A stretch of 64,000 bases of DNA from an uncultured Planctomycetota bacterium (GTDB taxonomy: Bacteria > Planctomycetota > PLA2 > JAEUHO01), in the NCBI GenBank assembly GCA_963752285.1, contig CAVVXN010000005.1, positions 800,001 through 864,000 of the forward strand, given 5' to 3'. The notes beneath the pieces are model-generated. The model had not been told where the DNA came from. It did not search any database and saw only the letters and a program-made list of their open reading frames with translations. Below, piece after piece: positions 10,074-19,416 of this stretch (positions are counted from its first letter, which is position 1; each line of letters starts with the position of its first letter). The translations under genes and the position numbers were made by a program.

Positions 10074-10810
10074 ACGGCGAGGCCCGCGAACCGTCCGCCC
10101 TCGTAACGGGGGCCGCGCGTGGCATCGGCCGCGCGATCGTGCTGCGCCTCGCCGCCGAGGGGTACCGCGTGACCCTGGTGGACCTCCTCCTCGAGGCCGC
10201 GGAGAAGACGGCCGCGGAGGCCGGCGCCGACCGCTGCCGGTGCGTCCAGGCGGACGTCTCCTCGGGCGACGGGGCCACGGCGGCCGTCCAGGCCGCCGTG
10301 GAGCACGGCGGCGGGCTCGACGTCCTCGTGAACAACGCGGGCATCACGCGCGACGGCCTCCTGATGCGCATGTCCGACGAGGACTGGGACCGCGTGATCG
10401 CCGTCAACCTCACGGGCACGTTCCGGATGACCCGGGCCGCGACGCGGCCCCTCATGAAGAGCGGTCGCGGGCGCGTCGTGAACATCGCGTCGGTCGTCGG
10501 CCTGGTGGGCAACGCCGGGCAAGCGAACTACGCGGCGAGCAAGGGCGGCGTCATCGCCTTCACGAAGGCCGTCGCCAAGGAGCTGGCGGGCCGGGGCGTC
10601 ACGGCGAACGCCGTGGCCCCCGGCTTCATCCAGACGGACATGACCGCGGCCCTCACGGAGAAGGCCGCGGGCGAGCTGACCCGCCGGATTCCCTTGGGAC
10701 GGCTCGGCGAGGCGACCGACGTCGCCGACGTCGTGGCGTTCCTGGCCTCCGAGGCCGCGGGATACGTCACTGGGCAGGTGATTCCGGTGGACGGCGGCAT
10801 GGTCATGTAG
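10070..10810 (+). CDS. fabG: 3-oxoacyl-ACP reductase
   Basis: TGAARGIG, NNAGITRDGLLMRM, YAASKGG, VTGQVIPVDGGM. Confidence 0.96.
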   Translation: MNGEAREPSALVTGAARGIGRAIVLRLAAEGYRVTLVDLLLEAAEKTAAEAGADRCRCVQADVSSGDGATAAVQAAVEHGGGLDVLVNNAGITRDGLLMRMSDEDWDRVIAVNLTGTFRMTRAATRPLMKSGRGRVVNIASVVGLVGNAGQANYAASKGGVIAFTKAVAKELAGRGVTANAVAPGFIQTDMTAALTEKAAGELTRRIPLGRLGEATDVADVVAFLASEAAGYVTGQVIPVDGGMVM

Positions 10811-10870
10811 GACAACGTGTCCCGGTCGGGCCGCCCGGCCTGGGCACCCTTCACGTCGACAGGAGGCAAC

Positions 10871-11122
10871 GTGGGAACCAGCAACGTCAGGGACCGCGTG
10901 ATCGAGATCGTCTGTGAGCAGATGGGGCAGAGCAAGGAGAAGGTGAACGAGGAGACCTCGTTCATCAACGATCTGGGCGCGGACAGCCTCGACACCGTCG
11001 AGCTGGTGATGGAGCTCGAGGACGAGTTCGACCTCTCCATCCCGGACGAGGAAGCCGAGAAGATCAAGACAGTCGGCGACGCGATCAAGTACATCGAGGA
11101 AGCTCTCCAGAAGAAGGACTGA
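10871..11122 (+). CDS. acpP: Acyl carrier protein
   Basis: [29 protein letters not shown] at 10861 before GTG. Confidence 0.97.
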   Translation: MGTSNVRDRVIEIVCEQMGQSKEKVNEETSFINDLGADSLDTVELVMELEDEFDLSIPDEEAEKIKTVGDAIKYIEEALQKKD

Positions 11123-11129
11123 TCACTTC

Positions 11130-12380
11130 ATGACCCGTCGTGTGGTCATCACCGGACTGGGCACCGTCAACGCCTGCGGCAACGACGTCGAGACCTCCTG
11201 GCAGGCGGTCATCGCGGGGCGGAGCGGCGTGCGCCGCATCACCCGCTTCGACCCCGAGATCCTCGACATGCCGTGCCGCATCGCGGCGGAGCTCAAGGAC
11301 TTCGACCCCCTCAAGTGGTTCGACAAGCGCGACCTGAAGAAGGTCGACTTGATGACGCAGTACGGCATCGCCGCCGCGCAGCAAGCGTGGGACGACGCCG
11401 GGCTCGCCGACGCGAACGGGTTCGATCCCGAGATGAGCGGGGCCGTGATCGGCACCGGCATCGGAGGCCTCGACTCGATCGAGAACACCCACACGACGAT
11501 CATGGAGAAGGGGCCGCAGCGTGTGAGCCCCTACTTCGTGCCCCGCATGATGGCGAACGCCATCGCGGGCAACCTGAGCATCCGCTTCAACCTGCAGGGG
11601 CCGTCCTACATCACGGCGTCGGCGTGCGCGTCGAGCAACCACGCGATGGCGACGGCCTTCCGCAGCATCCGGTACGGCGAGAGCGACCTGGTCCTGACGG
11701 GCGGTGCGGAGGCCACGATCACGTCGATGGGCATGGCGGGCTTCAACTCGATGCGCGCGATGTCCACGCGGAACGACGAGCCGGAGCGCGCGAGCCGCCC
11801 GTTCGACAAGAACCGCGACGGATTCGTGATGGGGGAGGGGGCCGGGATCCTGGTGTTCGAGGAGCTCGACCACGCCCGGCGTCGCGACGCCCGGATCTAC
11901 GCGGAGGTGATGGGCGCCGGCATGTCGGCGGACGCGTATCACATCACCGCGCCGGCACCGGGCGGGCGCGGGCCCGCGCGGGCCATGCACCTCGCGCTCG
12001 CCGATGCGAAGTGGAACCCCGAACAGGTGGACTACATCAACGCGCACGGGACGAGCACCCAGCTCAACGACATCGCCGAGACCGAGGCGATCAAGAAGGT
12101 CTTCGGGGAGCGTGCCTACGAGGTCGCGATCTCCTCGTCGAAGTCCATGGTCGGCCACCTCCTCGGCGGGGCCGGCGGCGTCGAGGGCGTGTTCACGACG
12201 CTCAGCATCGTGAACGGGATCGTGCATCCGACGATCAACCAGGAGGAGCCCGACCCGGAGTGCGACCTCGACTACGTGCCAAACGTCGCGCGAGAGATCC
12301 CGGTGGAACGCGCGCTGTCCAACGCGCTCGGATTCGGGGGCCACAACGTCACGATCGCCCTCGCGAGGTTCGACGGCTGA
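11130..12380 (+). CDS. fabF: 3-oxoacyl-ACP synthase II
   Basis: RRVVITGLG, SACAS active Cys, YINAHGTST, KSMVGHLLG, GFGGHN. Confidence 0.97.
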   Translation: MTRRVVITGLGTVNACGNDVETSWQAVIAGRSGVRRITRFDPEILDMPCRIAAELKDFDPLKWFDKRDLKKVDLMTQYGIAAAQQAWDDAGLADANGFDPEMSGAVIGTGIGGLDSIENTHTTIMEKGPQRVSPYFVPRMMANAIAGNLSIRFNLQGPSYITASACASSNHAMATAFRSIRYGESDLVLTGGAEATITSMGMAGFNSMRAMSTRNDEPERASRPFDKNRDGFVMGEGAGILVFEELDHARRRDARIYAEVMGAGMSADAYHITAPAPGGRGPARAMHLALADAKWNPEQVDYINAHGTSTQLNDIAETEAIKKVFGERAYEVAISSSKSMVGHLLGGAGGVEGVFTTLSIVNGIVHPTINQEEPDPECDLDYVPNVAREIPVERALSNALGFGGHNVTIALARFDG

Positions 12381-12409
12381 GCGGCCTCCTGCGCTCCGGC
12401 GGAGGGGCG

Positions 12410-13720
12410 ATGAGCGACCCGAGCGTCGAGGAAGCGGCCCGGCGGCTCGAGGTCGTCGGTCAGGGGCACCTGGTCCTGCACGCGGGATCCCTGCCGCCCG
12501 CGGACCGGAGCCGCTTCCTGATCGACGCCGCGGGCGCCCCGTGGGAGGCGCTCCGCCAGGCCCTCGAGCGGCCGGGGCCGGGCGCCTCGCCCACGCTTCG
12601 CCCTCCGCAGGGCCTGACCGTCAAGCGCCAGATGTCCGAGGGCGGCCTCCGGCCGCGCATGAAGGACATCGGGCGCCGCATGCTGCGGGGCGGGCGCGTG
12701 GCGACGCTGCTGCTCGCCGGGGGGCAGGGCACGCGGCTCGGCCTCTGTGGCCCGAAGGGCGAGCTCGTGCTCGGGCCGGAGGCCGACCGGTCGCTGTTCG
12801 CGATCCAGGCGGAGCGCGTGGCCGCGGCCGGCCGTGAGGTGGGCCGCAAGGTGCCGTTGATCGTCCTCGTGAGCGAGGCGACGGAGGCCGCCACGCGCGA
12901 GGCGTTCGACCGTGGCGCCGCGGCGTGGGGGCTCGACCCCGCCCAGGTCGAGATCGTCCGGCAGGGCATGCTGCCCGCGCTCGACGACGGCGGTCGGGCG
13001 CTCCTCGAGGCCCCGGGACGCCTCGCGCTCGCGCCGGACGGTCACGGCGGCCTCCTCGACGCGATCGCCCGGGCGGGCGTCCTCGACCGGCTCGGCGAGG
13101 CGGGCGTGGACGTCCTCACGACGTTCCAGATCGACAACCCGCTGGCGCTCCCGCTCGACCCGGTGATGCTCGGCTGGATGGTGGAGCGGCGGGCGCAGGC
13201 GGTGGGCAAGGCCGTCCGGCGCCTGCCGGGCGAGAGGGTGGGCGTCTTCGCGCGCGACGTGCAGGGCCGTCACATGGTCGTCGAGTACTCGGAGCTCCCG
13301 CCCGACGACTCCGCGGACGAGCTCAAGATGGGCTCGATCGCTCTCCACGCCTTCTCCGTGGAGTGGTTGCGGCGCCTCGTGCGCAGCCGGGTCTCGCTCC
13401 CCCTGCACCGCGCGCACAAGCGCGTGCCCCATCTGGACGAGAACGGCCGGCTCGTCACGCCGGACGACCCGAACGCGTGGAAGTTCGAGCGCTTCGTGTT
13501 CGACACGTTCCCCCACGCCGAACGCGTCGAGGTGCACGAGGTGCTCCGCGAGCGCGAGTTCGCGCCGGTGAAGAACGCCGAGGGGGTGGACAGCCCCGAG
13601 ACCGCGCGCGCGCTCGTCGCGGCGGAGGTGCGGCGCACCTACGAGGAGCGCGGCCTGGCGGCTCCGGAGCCGCCCTCCCTCCGCCCCCTCGACCTGATCG
13701 AGGTCGTGCGCCTCCCCTGA
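12410..13720 (+). CDS. UDPGP-family (eukaryote/UAP1-type) UTP--sugar-1-phosphate uridylyltransferase, likely UDP-GlcNAc pyrophosphorylase
   Basis: LLAGGQGTRLG..GPKG, LAPDGHGG, QIDNPL, VVEYSEL, KFERFVFDTF, REFAPVKNAEG. Confidence 0.88.
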   Translation: MSDPSVEEAARRLEVVGQGHLVLHAGSLPPADRSRFLIDAAGAPWEALRQALERPGPGASPTLRPPQGLTVKRQMSEGGLRPRMKDIGRRMLRGGRVATLLLAGGQGTRLGLCGPKGELVLGPEADRSLFAIQAERVAAAGREVGRKVPLIVLVSEATEAATREAFDRGAAAWGLDPAQVEIVRQGMLPALDDGGRALLEAPGRLALAPDGHGGLLDAIARAGVLDRLGEAGVDVLTTFQIDNPLALPLDPVMLGWMVERRAQAVGKAVRRLPGERVGVFARDVQGRHMVVEYSELPPDDSADELKMGSIALHAFSVEWLRRLVRSRVSLPLHRAHKRVPHLDENGRLVTPDDPNAWKFERFVFDTFPHAERVEVHEVLREREFAPVKNAEGVDSPETARALVAAEVRRTYEERGLAAPEPPSLRPLDLIEVVRLP

Positions 13721-13774
13721 CGGCCCGGCTCGATGGACGGCACCGATGGGGGTCGTTCGCGGGCAGTCCCCCCG

Positions 13775-13780
13775 TATACT
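13775..13780 (+). promoter_or_regulatory. -10 box upstream of ddl
   Basis: TATACT in a very GC-rich context, 24 nt before the ddl ATG, with a GGAGG RBS in between. Confidence 0.5.
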
Positions 13781-13804
13781 GCGATTTCGTCCGGAGGGGC
13801 CTCC

Positions 13805-14890
13805 ATGCAGCCGAGATCGAGGCGGGGGGGCGAGCGTCTGCGTCTCGCCGTCTTGATGGGGGGACCGTCGAGCGAGCACGAGGTGTCGCTCGACGGCGGG
13901 CAGAACGTGGTCGAGGCGCTCGACCTCGGGCGCTTCGAGGTCCGACCCGTGGTGATCGCGCGCGACGGGCGCTGGTGGATCCGGTCGCGGGCGCTTCGGC
14001 CGGAGGGACCGCGGCGCCGCGCGGCCTTCGACCCGCGGCACGTCGAGGGATGGCGGCCGTACCGCGGCCCGATCCCGGCGATCCAGGAGCTCGCGACCTG
14101 GCCCGCGGACGTCGTGCTCCCCGTGTTGCACGGTCCCTTCGGGGAGGACGGCACGGTGCAGGCCTGCCTCGCGGCGGCGGGGCTCCCCTTCGTGGGGAGC
14201 GGGAGCCTCGCGAGCGGGATCGCGAACGACAAGGTCCGGACGAAGGAGATCCTCTCGTTCCACGGCGTCCCGACGCCGCGCTTCGAGGTCCTCGGCGCCA
14301 GCGAGCTCGCGCGCGGTCGCTCGGACACGGCCGAGCGCCTGGTTGCCGCGTTCGGAGCGCCCCTCGTGCTGAAGGACCCGACGGGGGGCAGCAGCCTGGA
14401 GGTCCGGATCGCGGACGACGCCGGCGCCGTGGCCGCCGCGCTCGACGAGCTCTCGCCGCCGGCGACGCGTGTGCTCGTCGAGGCGTACGTGCGGGGCCGG
14501 GAGCTCACCGCGGGCGTCCTCGACGACCGCGAGCGGGGCGAGCCCGTCGCGCTGCCCATCGTCGAGATCCGGCCCCGGTCGAGCCGCACGTTCGACTACC
14601 GCGAGAAGTACGCGCCCGACGGGGCCGAGGAGCTCTGCCCGGCCCCGATCCCGCCCGAGGTGGAGGCGGAGGCCCGCCGGCTGGGGCTCCTCGTCCACAC
14701 ACTCCTGGGCCTCAAGGGCCTGTCGCGAACCGACCTCATCTGGGAGGCGGACCGGGGGCTCGAGGTCCTCGAGGTGAACACGATCCCGGGGCTCACCCCG
14801 CGGAGCCTCGTGCCCCGCGCGGCGCGCGCCCTCGGGATCGAGTTCTCCGCGCTGGTCGAGAACCTGATCCGGACGGCCTCGCCGGGGTAG
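13805..14890 (+). CDS. ddl: D-alanine--D-alanine ligase
   Basis: MGGPSSEHEVSL, LHGPFGEDGTVQ, GGSSLEV, FDYREKY omega loop (Tyr), LEVNTIPGLT. Confidence 0.95.
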   Translation: MQPRSRRGGERLRLAVLMGGPSSEHEVSLDGGQNVVEALDLGRFEVRPVVIARDGRWWIRSRALRPEGPRRRAAFDPRHVEGWRPYRGPIPAIQELATWPADVVLPVLHGPFGEDGTVQACLAAAGLPFVGSGSLASGIANDKVRTKEILSFHGVPTPRFEVLGASELARGRSDTAERLVAAFGAPLVLKDPTGGSSLEVRIADDAGAVAAALDELSPPATRVLVEAYVRGRELTAGVLDDRERGEPVALPIVEIRPRSSRTFDYREKYAPDGAEELCPAPIPPEVEAEARRLGLLVHTLLGLKGLSRTDLIWEADRGLEVLEVNTIPGLTPRSLVPRAARALGIEFSALVENLIRTASPG

Positions 14891-14969
14891 CCCGAGCCCC
14901 GGGGGCGCATCGGGGCGGACCGGGCGCCCGGGGTTTACGAGGCCCGGGGGGGCGGGGAGCATCCGCGCC

Positions 14970-15377
14970 ATGGACGAGACCGCACCCGCGAACGACGGCG
15001 CGATCGAGCGCCACGAGAAGCTATGGGGCGAGGAGCACTGGATCGTCAACCGCGACTACTGCGGCAAGAAGCTCGTCCTGCGCCGCGGCTGGCGATGCTC
15101 GCTCCACTACCACGAGCGGAAGGACGAGGTCTTCTACCTGATCGCGGGTCGCGTCCTCCTCGAGCACGCCGGAGGGTGGCGCGTCATGGTGCCGGGCCAC
15201 GCGCAGCGGATCCCGCCGGGCACCGTGCACCGGTTCTGGGGCCTCGACGACAGCGAGATCATCGAGTTCTCGACCCACCACGAGGACGACGACTCGTATC
15301 GACTGGAGCCCTCGGGCTCGTTCGAGGGCTCGCACCTCGCCCCGTTCGGGCTCGCCGAGGGCCATGCCGACGCCTGA
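14970..15377 (+). CDS. Cupin domain protein (sugar isomerase-like)
   Basis: EKLWGEEHWIVN, CSLHYHERKDEVFY, IPPGTVHRF cupin metal motifs. Confidence 0.85.
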   Translation: MDETAPANDGAIERHEKLWGEEHWIVNRDYCGKKLVLRRGWRCSLHYHERKDEVFYLIAGRVLLEHAGGWRVMVPGHAQRIPPGTVHRFWGLDDSEIIEFSTHHEDDDSYRLEPSGSFEGSHLAPFGLAEGHADA

Positions 15378-15482
15378 CGCGTTCCCGCCGCAGACGGCGG
15401 GTCGCCCGCTTCCGACCCGCTCCCGACGGCCCTACCATGGGGCCGGGGCGCGGTCGGGGGGGCGTCGAACCGAGATCGCCTC

Positions 15483-17495
15483 ATGAACCGACTCGTCCAG
15501 GTGTCGAGCCTCGCCGCGCTGGTCCTCGCCGCGGCCGTCGTCGTGTGGCTCGTCGCGACCCAGGGTCGCGCGCCCGGTCCGCAGGAGATCCCGACGGCGC
15601 TCGACCACCCGGACGCGCCCGCCGCGCCCTTGCCGCGCGAGCTGAACGTCCCCCACGGAGGCGTCTTCGCGGGCGTGGTCGTCGATCACGACGGAAAGCC
15701 CGTCCCCGACGCGACGGTGCTGCTCGTCGCGTACGACAACGGGACGACCGGCCGGCCGCGAGGGCTCCCACAGCCCGCGCCGTCCGCGGGAGACGCTCCG
15801 GTCTTCGACCCCTCCTCCGTCTCGGTCGTCGGCTTCCGAACCGCGGCGGAGAGCCGCACGGACCTCGGGGGTCGCTTCCGCGTCGCGGCGGATGCGGCGA
15901 GCAGCGTGCACCTCGTCTGCGCGTATCACCCGGGGTTCGTGCCGAACCTGCTGCCGGTGGACCGGCCGAGCGAGGACCTCCGCGTCGAGCTCCTTCCCGC
16001 GGGGCGGCTGGTGGGCCACGTGGTGGACGACACGACGGGCCGCGCGGTGGCCGGAGCGAAGGTGGCGATCTACCTGCAGCAGCGCACCGCGCTCCCCCCG
16101 GCGCAGAACGGCACGACGCCGAGGCCCGCCGCGGACCGTCCGGCGCTCAGTCCCTACGCCGTGGCCCAGCAGTGGGTCGCGACGGAGCTCGGCCAGCGCG
16201 TGTGGGGGCTCGACGCGAACGAGGACAGCTCCCTCGTCCTCGTGACGGACGCGCACGGGGACTTCTCGTTCGGTCCCATCGGAGACCAGGTCCAGCTCGA
16301 GGTCGTGATCACGCACCCCGACTACGCCTGGCAGGAGTTCGACCAGGTCGGCGAAGAGTACGTGAAGCGCATCGTCGTCGAGCCCGGGCAGACGGTGGAG
16401 CGCACGTACCGCCTCGACCCCGGCAAGTCCATCTCGGGCCGGGTGATCGACGCCGCGACGCAGAAGGGCGTGCCCGACGTGGAGGTGCTCGTCGATCACG
16501 TGGCGCAGTACCACCAGCACTGGTGGTATCGCGTGAAGTCGCGACGGGCGAGGACCGGCCACGACGGCGCCTTCAAGGTGGGGGGGCTCTCGTGGGGCCC
16601 GTACACGGCGCGACTCCGCCACTCCGGGTTCGGAGAGGAGTTCATCCCGAAGATCCCCGAGGGCGCGACCAACCTCGTGTGGGAGGTGAGCCACCTCGGC
16701 GGCATCGACGGCACGATCGAGGGCTTCGAGGACACGGGGGGTGCCGCGATCGACCTCGTCCTCGAGTCCGTCGAGGAGAACCCGGAGCACGGCCGCCGGG
16801 CCGAGTTCCGGCCGCCCGTGGACAAGGGCGGCCACTTCGAGGTCCAGGGCGTCCAGCCGGGCCGCTACCGGGCCTGGCTCCAGGGCGAGTCGAAGAGCAG
16901 CGAGCCGCAAGTGATCGAGGTGTCCGGACTCGACATGACCCCGGTGACGTTCGAGCTCGGCGGGGGGGGGCGGGTCGAGCTCTCCGTCTACGACGCGGGG
17001 GGGAGGCCCCTGGACCCGGCCGAGGTCGAGCTGGTGAAGATCGCGGAGCAGGAGGGGCAGGAGGACGTCACGCTGGGGCGGTACGTGACACGGAAGGGCC
17101 ACCTGGTCGCGAACGGCGTGGCGCCGGGCCGGTACCGCGCCCTCGTCTCCTCCGGCGGCTACCTCCAGGCCGAGACCGAGCCCTTCACGGTCGTGACGGA
17201 CCGCACGACGATGGTCGGCGACGTGTCGCTCCGCCAACGGAGCTGGCTCCGGATCAAGAGCGTGGTCGGTCCGGACGGGCGGACGCCGACGAGTCCGGTG
17301 CGCATCGAGATCCAGACGGGTGGCCAGGGGGAGTTCCAGCCCCTCCAGCACCTCGGCGGGGGCCCCGTGGCGATCGAGCCGGGCACCCTGACCCTCCGGG
17401 CCCGGACCGACGACGGCGCGACCTTCGAGCAGCAGATCGAGGTCGAGGACGGCCAGACCGTTCCGGTGGACATTCGTCTCGTCCGCCCCCGGTGA
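15483..17495 (+). CDS. Membrane-anchored/secreted protein with repeated carboxypeptidase-regulatory-like (beta-sandwich) domains
   Basis: N-terminal TM helix; repeated GxVVDxxGKPVxxAxV, TDxxGxF and GVxPGRY motifs. Confidence 0.8.
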   Translation: MNRLVQVSSLAALVLAAAVVVWLVATQGRAPGPQEIPTALDHPDAPAAPLPRELNVPHGGVFAGVVVDHDGKPVPDATVLLVAYDNGTTGRPRGLPQPAPSAGDAPVFDPSSVSVVGFRTAAESRTDLGGRFRVAADAASSVHLVCAYHPGFVPNLLPVDRPSEDLRVELLPAGRLVGHVVDDTTGRAVAGAKVAIYLQQRTALPPAQNGTTPRPAADRPALSPYAVAQQWVATELGQRVWGLDANEDSSLVLVTDAHGDFSFGPIGDQVQLEVVITHPDYAWQEFDQVGEEYVKRIVVEPGQTVERTYRLDPGKSISGRVIDAATQKGVPDVEVLVDHVAQYHQHWWYRVKSRRARTGHDGAFKVGGLSWGPYTARLRHSGFGEEFIPKIPEGATNLVWEVSHLGGIDGTIEGFEDTGGAAIDLVLESVEENPEHGRRAEFRPPVDKGGHFEVQGVQPGRYRAWLQGESKSSEPQVIEVSGLDMTPVTFELGGGGRVELSVYDAGGRPLDPAEVELVKIAEQEGQEDVTLGRYVTRKGHLVANGVAPGRYRALVSSGGYLQAETEPFTVVTDRTTMVGDVSLRQRSWLRIKSVVGPDGRTPTSPVRIEIQTGGQGEFQPLQHLGGGPVAIEPGTLTLRARTDDGATFEQQIEVEDGQTVPVDIRLVRPR

Positions 17496-17542
17496 GGGCC
17501 CCGGCCAGGGCCCCCGGGGAACGGCGGGACTGGGGCGCCGGG

Positions 17543-17571
17543 TTGAGGCGGGGCCCACCGCCCCGTACCCT
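17543..17571 (+). promoter_or_regulatory. Sigma70-type promoter, probably leaderless, for the 17579 gene and pepA
   Basis: TTGAGG (17543-17548), 17-bp spacer, TACCCT (17566-17571), then 7 nt to GTG. Confidence 0.55.
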
Positions 17572-17578
17572 TCGGCGC

Positions 17579-17908
17579 GTGAACGAGCCGGCCGAGAGCC
17601 CCCCCTCCGACGACACGCCCGACGGGCCGCCCGCCGAGCGCCGGTCCCCGGGCGAGCGCCGCACGGGAGACCGACGCCAGCGGGACCTGCCGGTGGCGCA
17701 CGACCGCCGGTCCGGAACCGACCGCCGGAGGGGCGAGCGGCGGCGGGGCGCGGGACCGATCATGCTGGACGCGGACGAGCAGGACTTCGTGAACGCCTTC
17801 CAGCGGTGGCGCGAGAGGCACGGCGGGAGGTTCCCGTCCGCGAAGGACTTGCTCGCCATGCTGGGCGACCTGGGCTGGGAGCGAACCGGCCGGGAGGAAC
17901 GGGCCTGA
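17579..17908 (+). CDS. Small protein with [D/E]RR repeats and a helical C-terminal domain
   Basis: ERR/DRR repeated six times, then DEQDFVNAFQRWRERHGGRFPSAKDLLAMLGDLGW; stop overlaps the pepA start (TGATG). Confidence 0.7.
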   Translation: MNEPAESPPSDDTPDGPPAERRSPGERRTGDRRQRDLPVAHDRRSGTDRRRGERRRGAGPIMLDADEQDFVNAFQRWRERHGGRFPSAKDLLAMLGDLGWERTGREERA

Positions 17909-19410
17909 TGGAGTTTGCGGTACGCACCACCGCGCTCGCCGGGCACGCGGACCAGGCGCTCGTGCTGCTGGTCCCGGAAGGCGAGGACCCCCACCACGTG
18001 CTCGAGTCCGTCGGTCGGGGGCCCGCGGCGGCCTACACCGCGCTCCGCGACCGACAGGCCTTCGCGGGGAAGGCCGGGCGGGTCCGCGTGCTCCAGGGCT
18101 CGCCTCGGGACCGATATCCGACCGTGGTCCTCGCCCGCGTCGACTCGGGGTCCGGCGCGCGCGGTCTGGCGGAGGCCGCCGCCACGGGGGCGCGACACGC
18201 CCGGGATCACGGCGCGCGGTCCCTGACCGTTCCGATCTCGGCCGATCTCGGGCCCGCCCCCCGCCCCACGCGGGCCGCCTCGGCGATCGCCGAGGGGGTC
18301 TGGGTCGGGCTCTACCGCTTCCAGGCGCACAAGACCGAGAAGGCGAAGGTCGAGGTCGAGCGCGTCACGTTCCTCGCGCCGCGCGGTCGGGGCGACCGCG
18401 TGAAGAAGGCGGTCGAGCACGGGCGCATCGTGGGCGAGGCCGTCCTCTTCGCGCGGGACCTCGGGAACGAGCCCGCGAACCACGCGACTCCGACGTACCT
18501 CGCGGAGACGGCCCTCGAGATCGCGGGCGAGCACGGCCTCGTCGTCCGGATCCTCGACGAGGACGAGATGCGCGCGCTCGGCATGGGCGCCCTCCTCGGC
18601 GTGAGCAGCGGGAGCGCGGAGCCCGCGAAGCTGATCGTACTCACCTACGAACCGCCGCGCCGTGCGAGGGACACCGTCGCGATCGTCGGGAAGGGCGTCA
18701 CGTTCGACTCGGGTGGCATCAGCATCAAGCCCGCCGCGAAGATGGACGAGATGAAGTTCGACATGTGCGGGGGCGCCGCGATCCTCGCCACCATGCAGGC
18801 GCTCCCCCGCCTCGGCGCGACCACGCGCGTCGTCGGGCTCGTCCCCGCGTCCGAGAACCTCTCGGGCTCCGCAGCGTACAAGCCGGGCGACATCCTGAAG
18901 GCGATGAACGGCACGACGATCGAGGTCAAGAACACCGACGCCGAGGGCCGCCTGATCCTCGCCGACGCGCTCGCGTACGCGACCTCCCGCCTGCGGCCGA
19001 AGCCCAAGGCGATCGTGGACCTCGCCACGCTGACCGGCTCGTGCGTCGTGGCGCTCGGCGACCAGTACGCGGGCCTCGTCAGCAACGACGACCGACTCGC
19101 CGCGCGCGTGATCGCGGCGGGGGAGACGTCCGGCGACCTCGTTTGGCGGCTTCCCCTGAACGAAGGGTACCGAAGCCAGCTCGAGAGCGCGTATGCCGAC
19201 GTTTCGAACCTCGGGAGCCCCGGCGCAGGGACGATCACCGCCGCCGCGTTCCTCGAGAAGTTCGTCGGCCGGACGCCCTGGGTGCACCTCGACATCGCGG
19301 GCACCGCCTGGACGGACAAGGGAAGCGGGTTCCTCACCCGCGGCGCCACGGGATTCGGGGTGCGCCTGCTCCTCGAGCTCCTGCCGCGGTGGTCTCGCGG
19401 GGGGGCATAG
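17908..19410 (+). CDS. pepA: Leucyl aminopeptidase (M17)
   Basis: VGKGVTFDSGGISIK, MKFDMCG, NTDAEGRLILAD, DLATLTG, WVHLDIAGTA. Confidence 0.96.
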   Translation: MEFAVRTTALAGHADQALVLLVPEGEDPHHVLESVGRGPAAAYTALRDRQAFAGKAGRVRVLQGSPRDRYPTVVLARVDSGSGARGLAEAAATGARHARDHGARSLTVPISADLGPAPRPTRAASAIAEGVWVGLYRFQAHKTEKAKVEVERVTFLAPRGRGDRVKKAVEHGRIVGEAVLFARDLGNEPANHATPTYLAETALEIAGEHGLVVRILDEDEMRALGMGALLGVSSGSAEPAKLIVLTYEPPRRARDTVAIVGKGVTFDSGGISIKPAAKMDEMKFDMCGGAAILATMQALPRLGATTRVVGLVPASENLSGSAAYKPGDILKAMNGTTIEVKNTDAEGRLILADALAYATSRLRPKPKAIVDLATLTGSCVVALGDQYAGLVSNDDRLAARVIAAGETSGDLVWRLPLNEGYRSQLESAYADVSNLGSPGAGTITAAAFLEKFVGRTPWVHLDIAGTAWTDKGSGFLTRGATGFGVRLLLELLPRWSRGGA

Positions 19411-19416
19411 CTCGAC

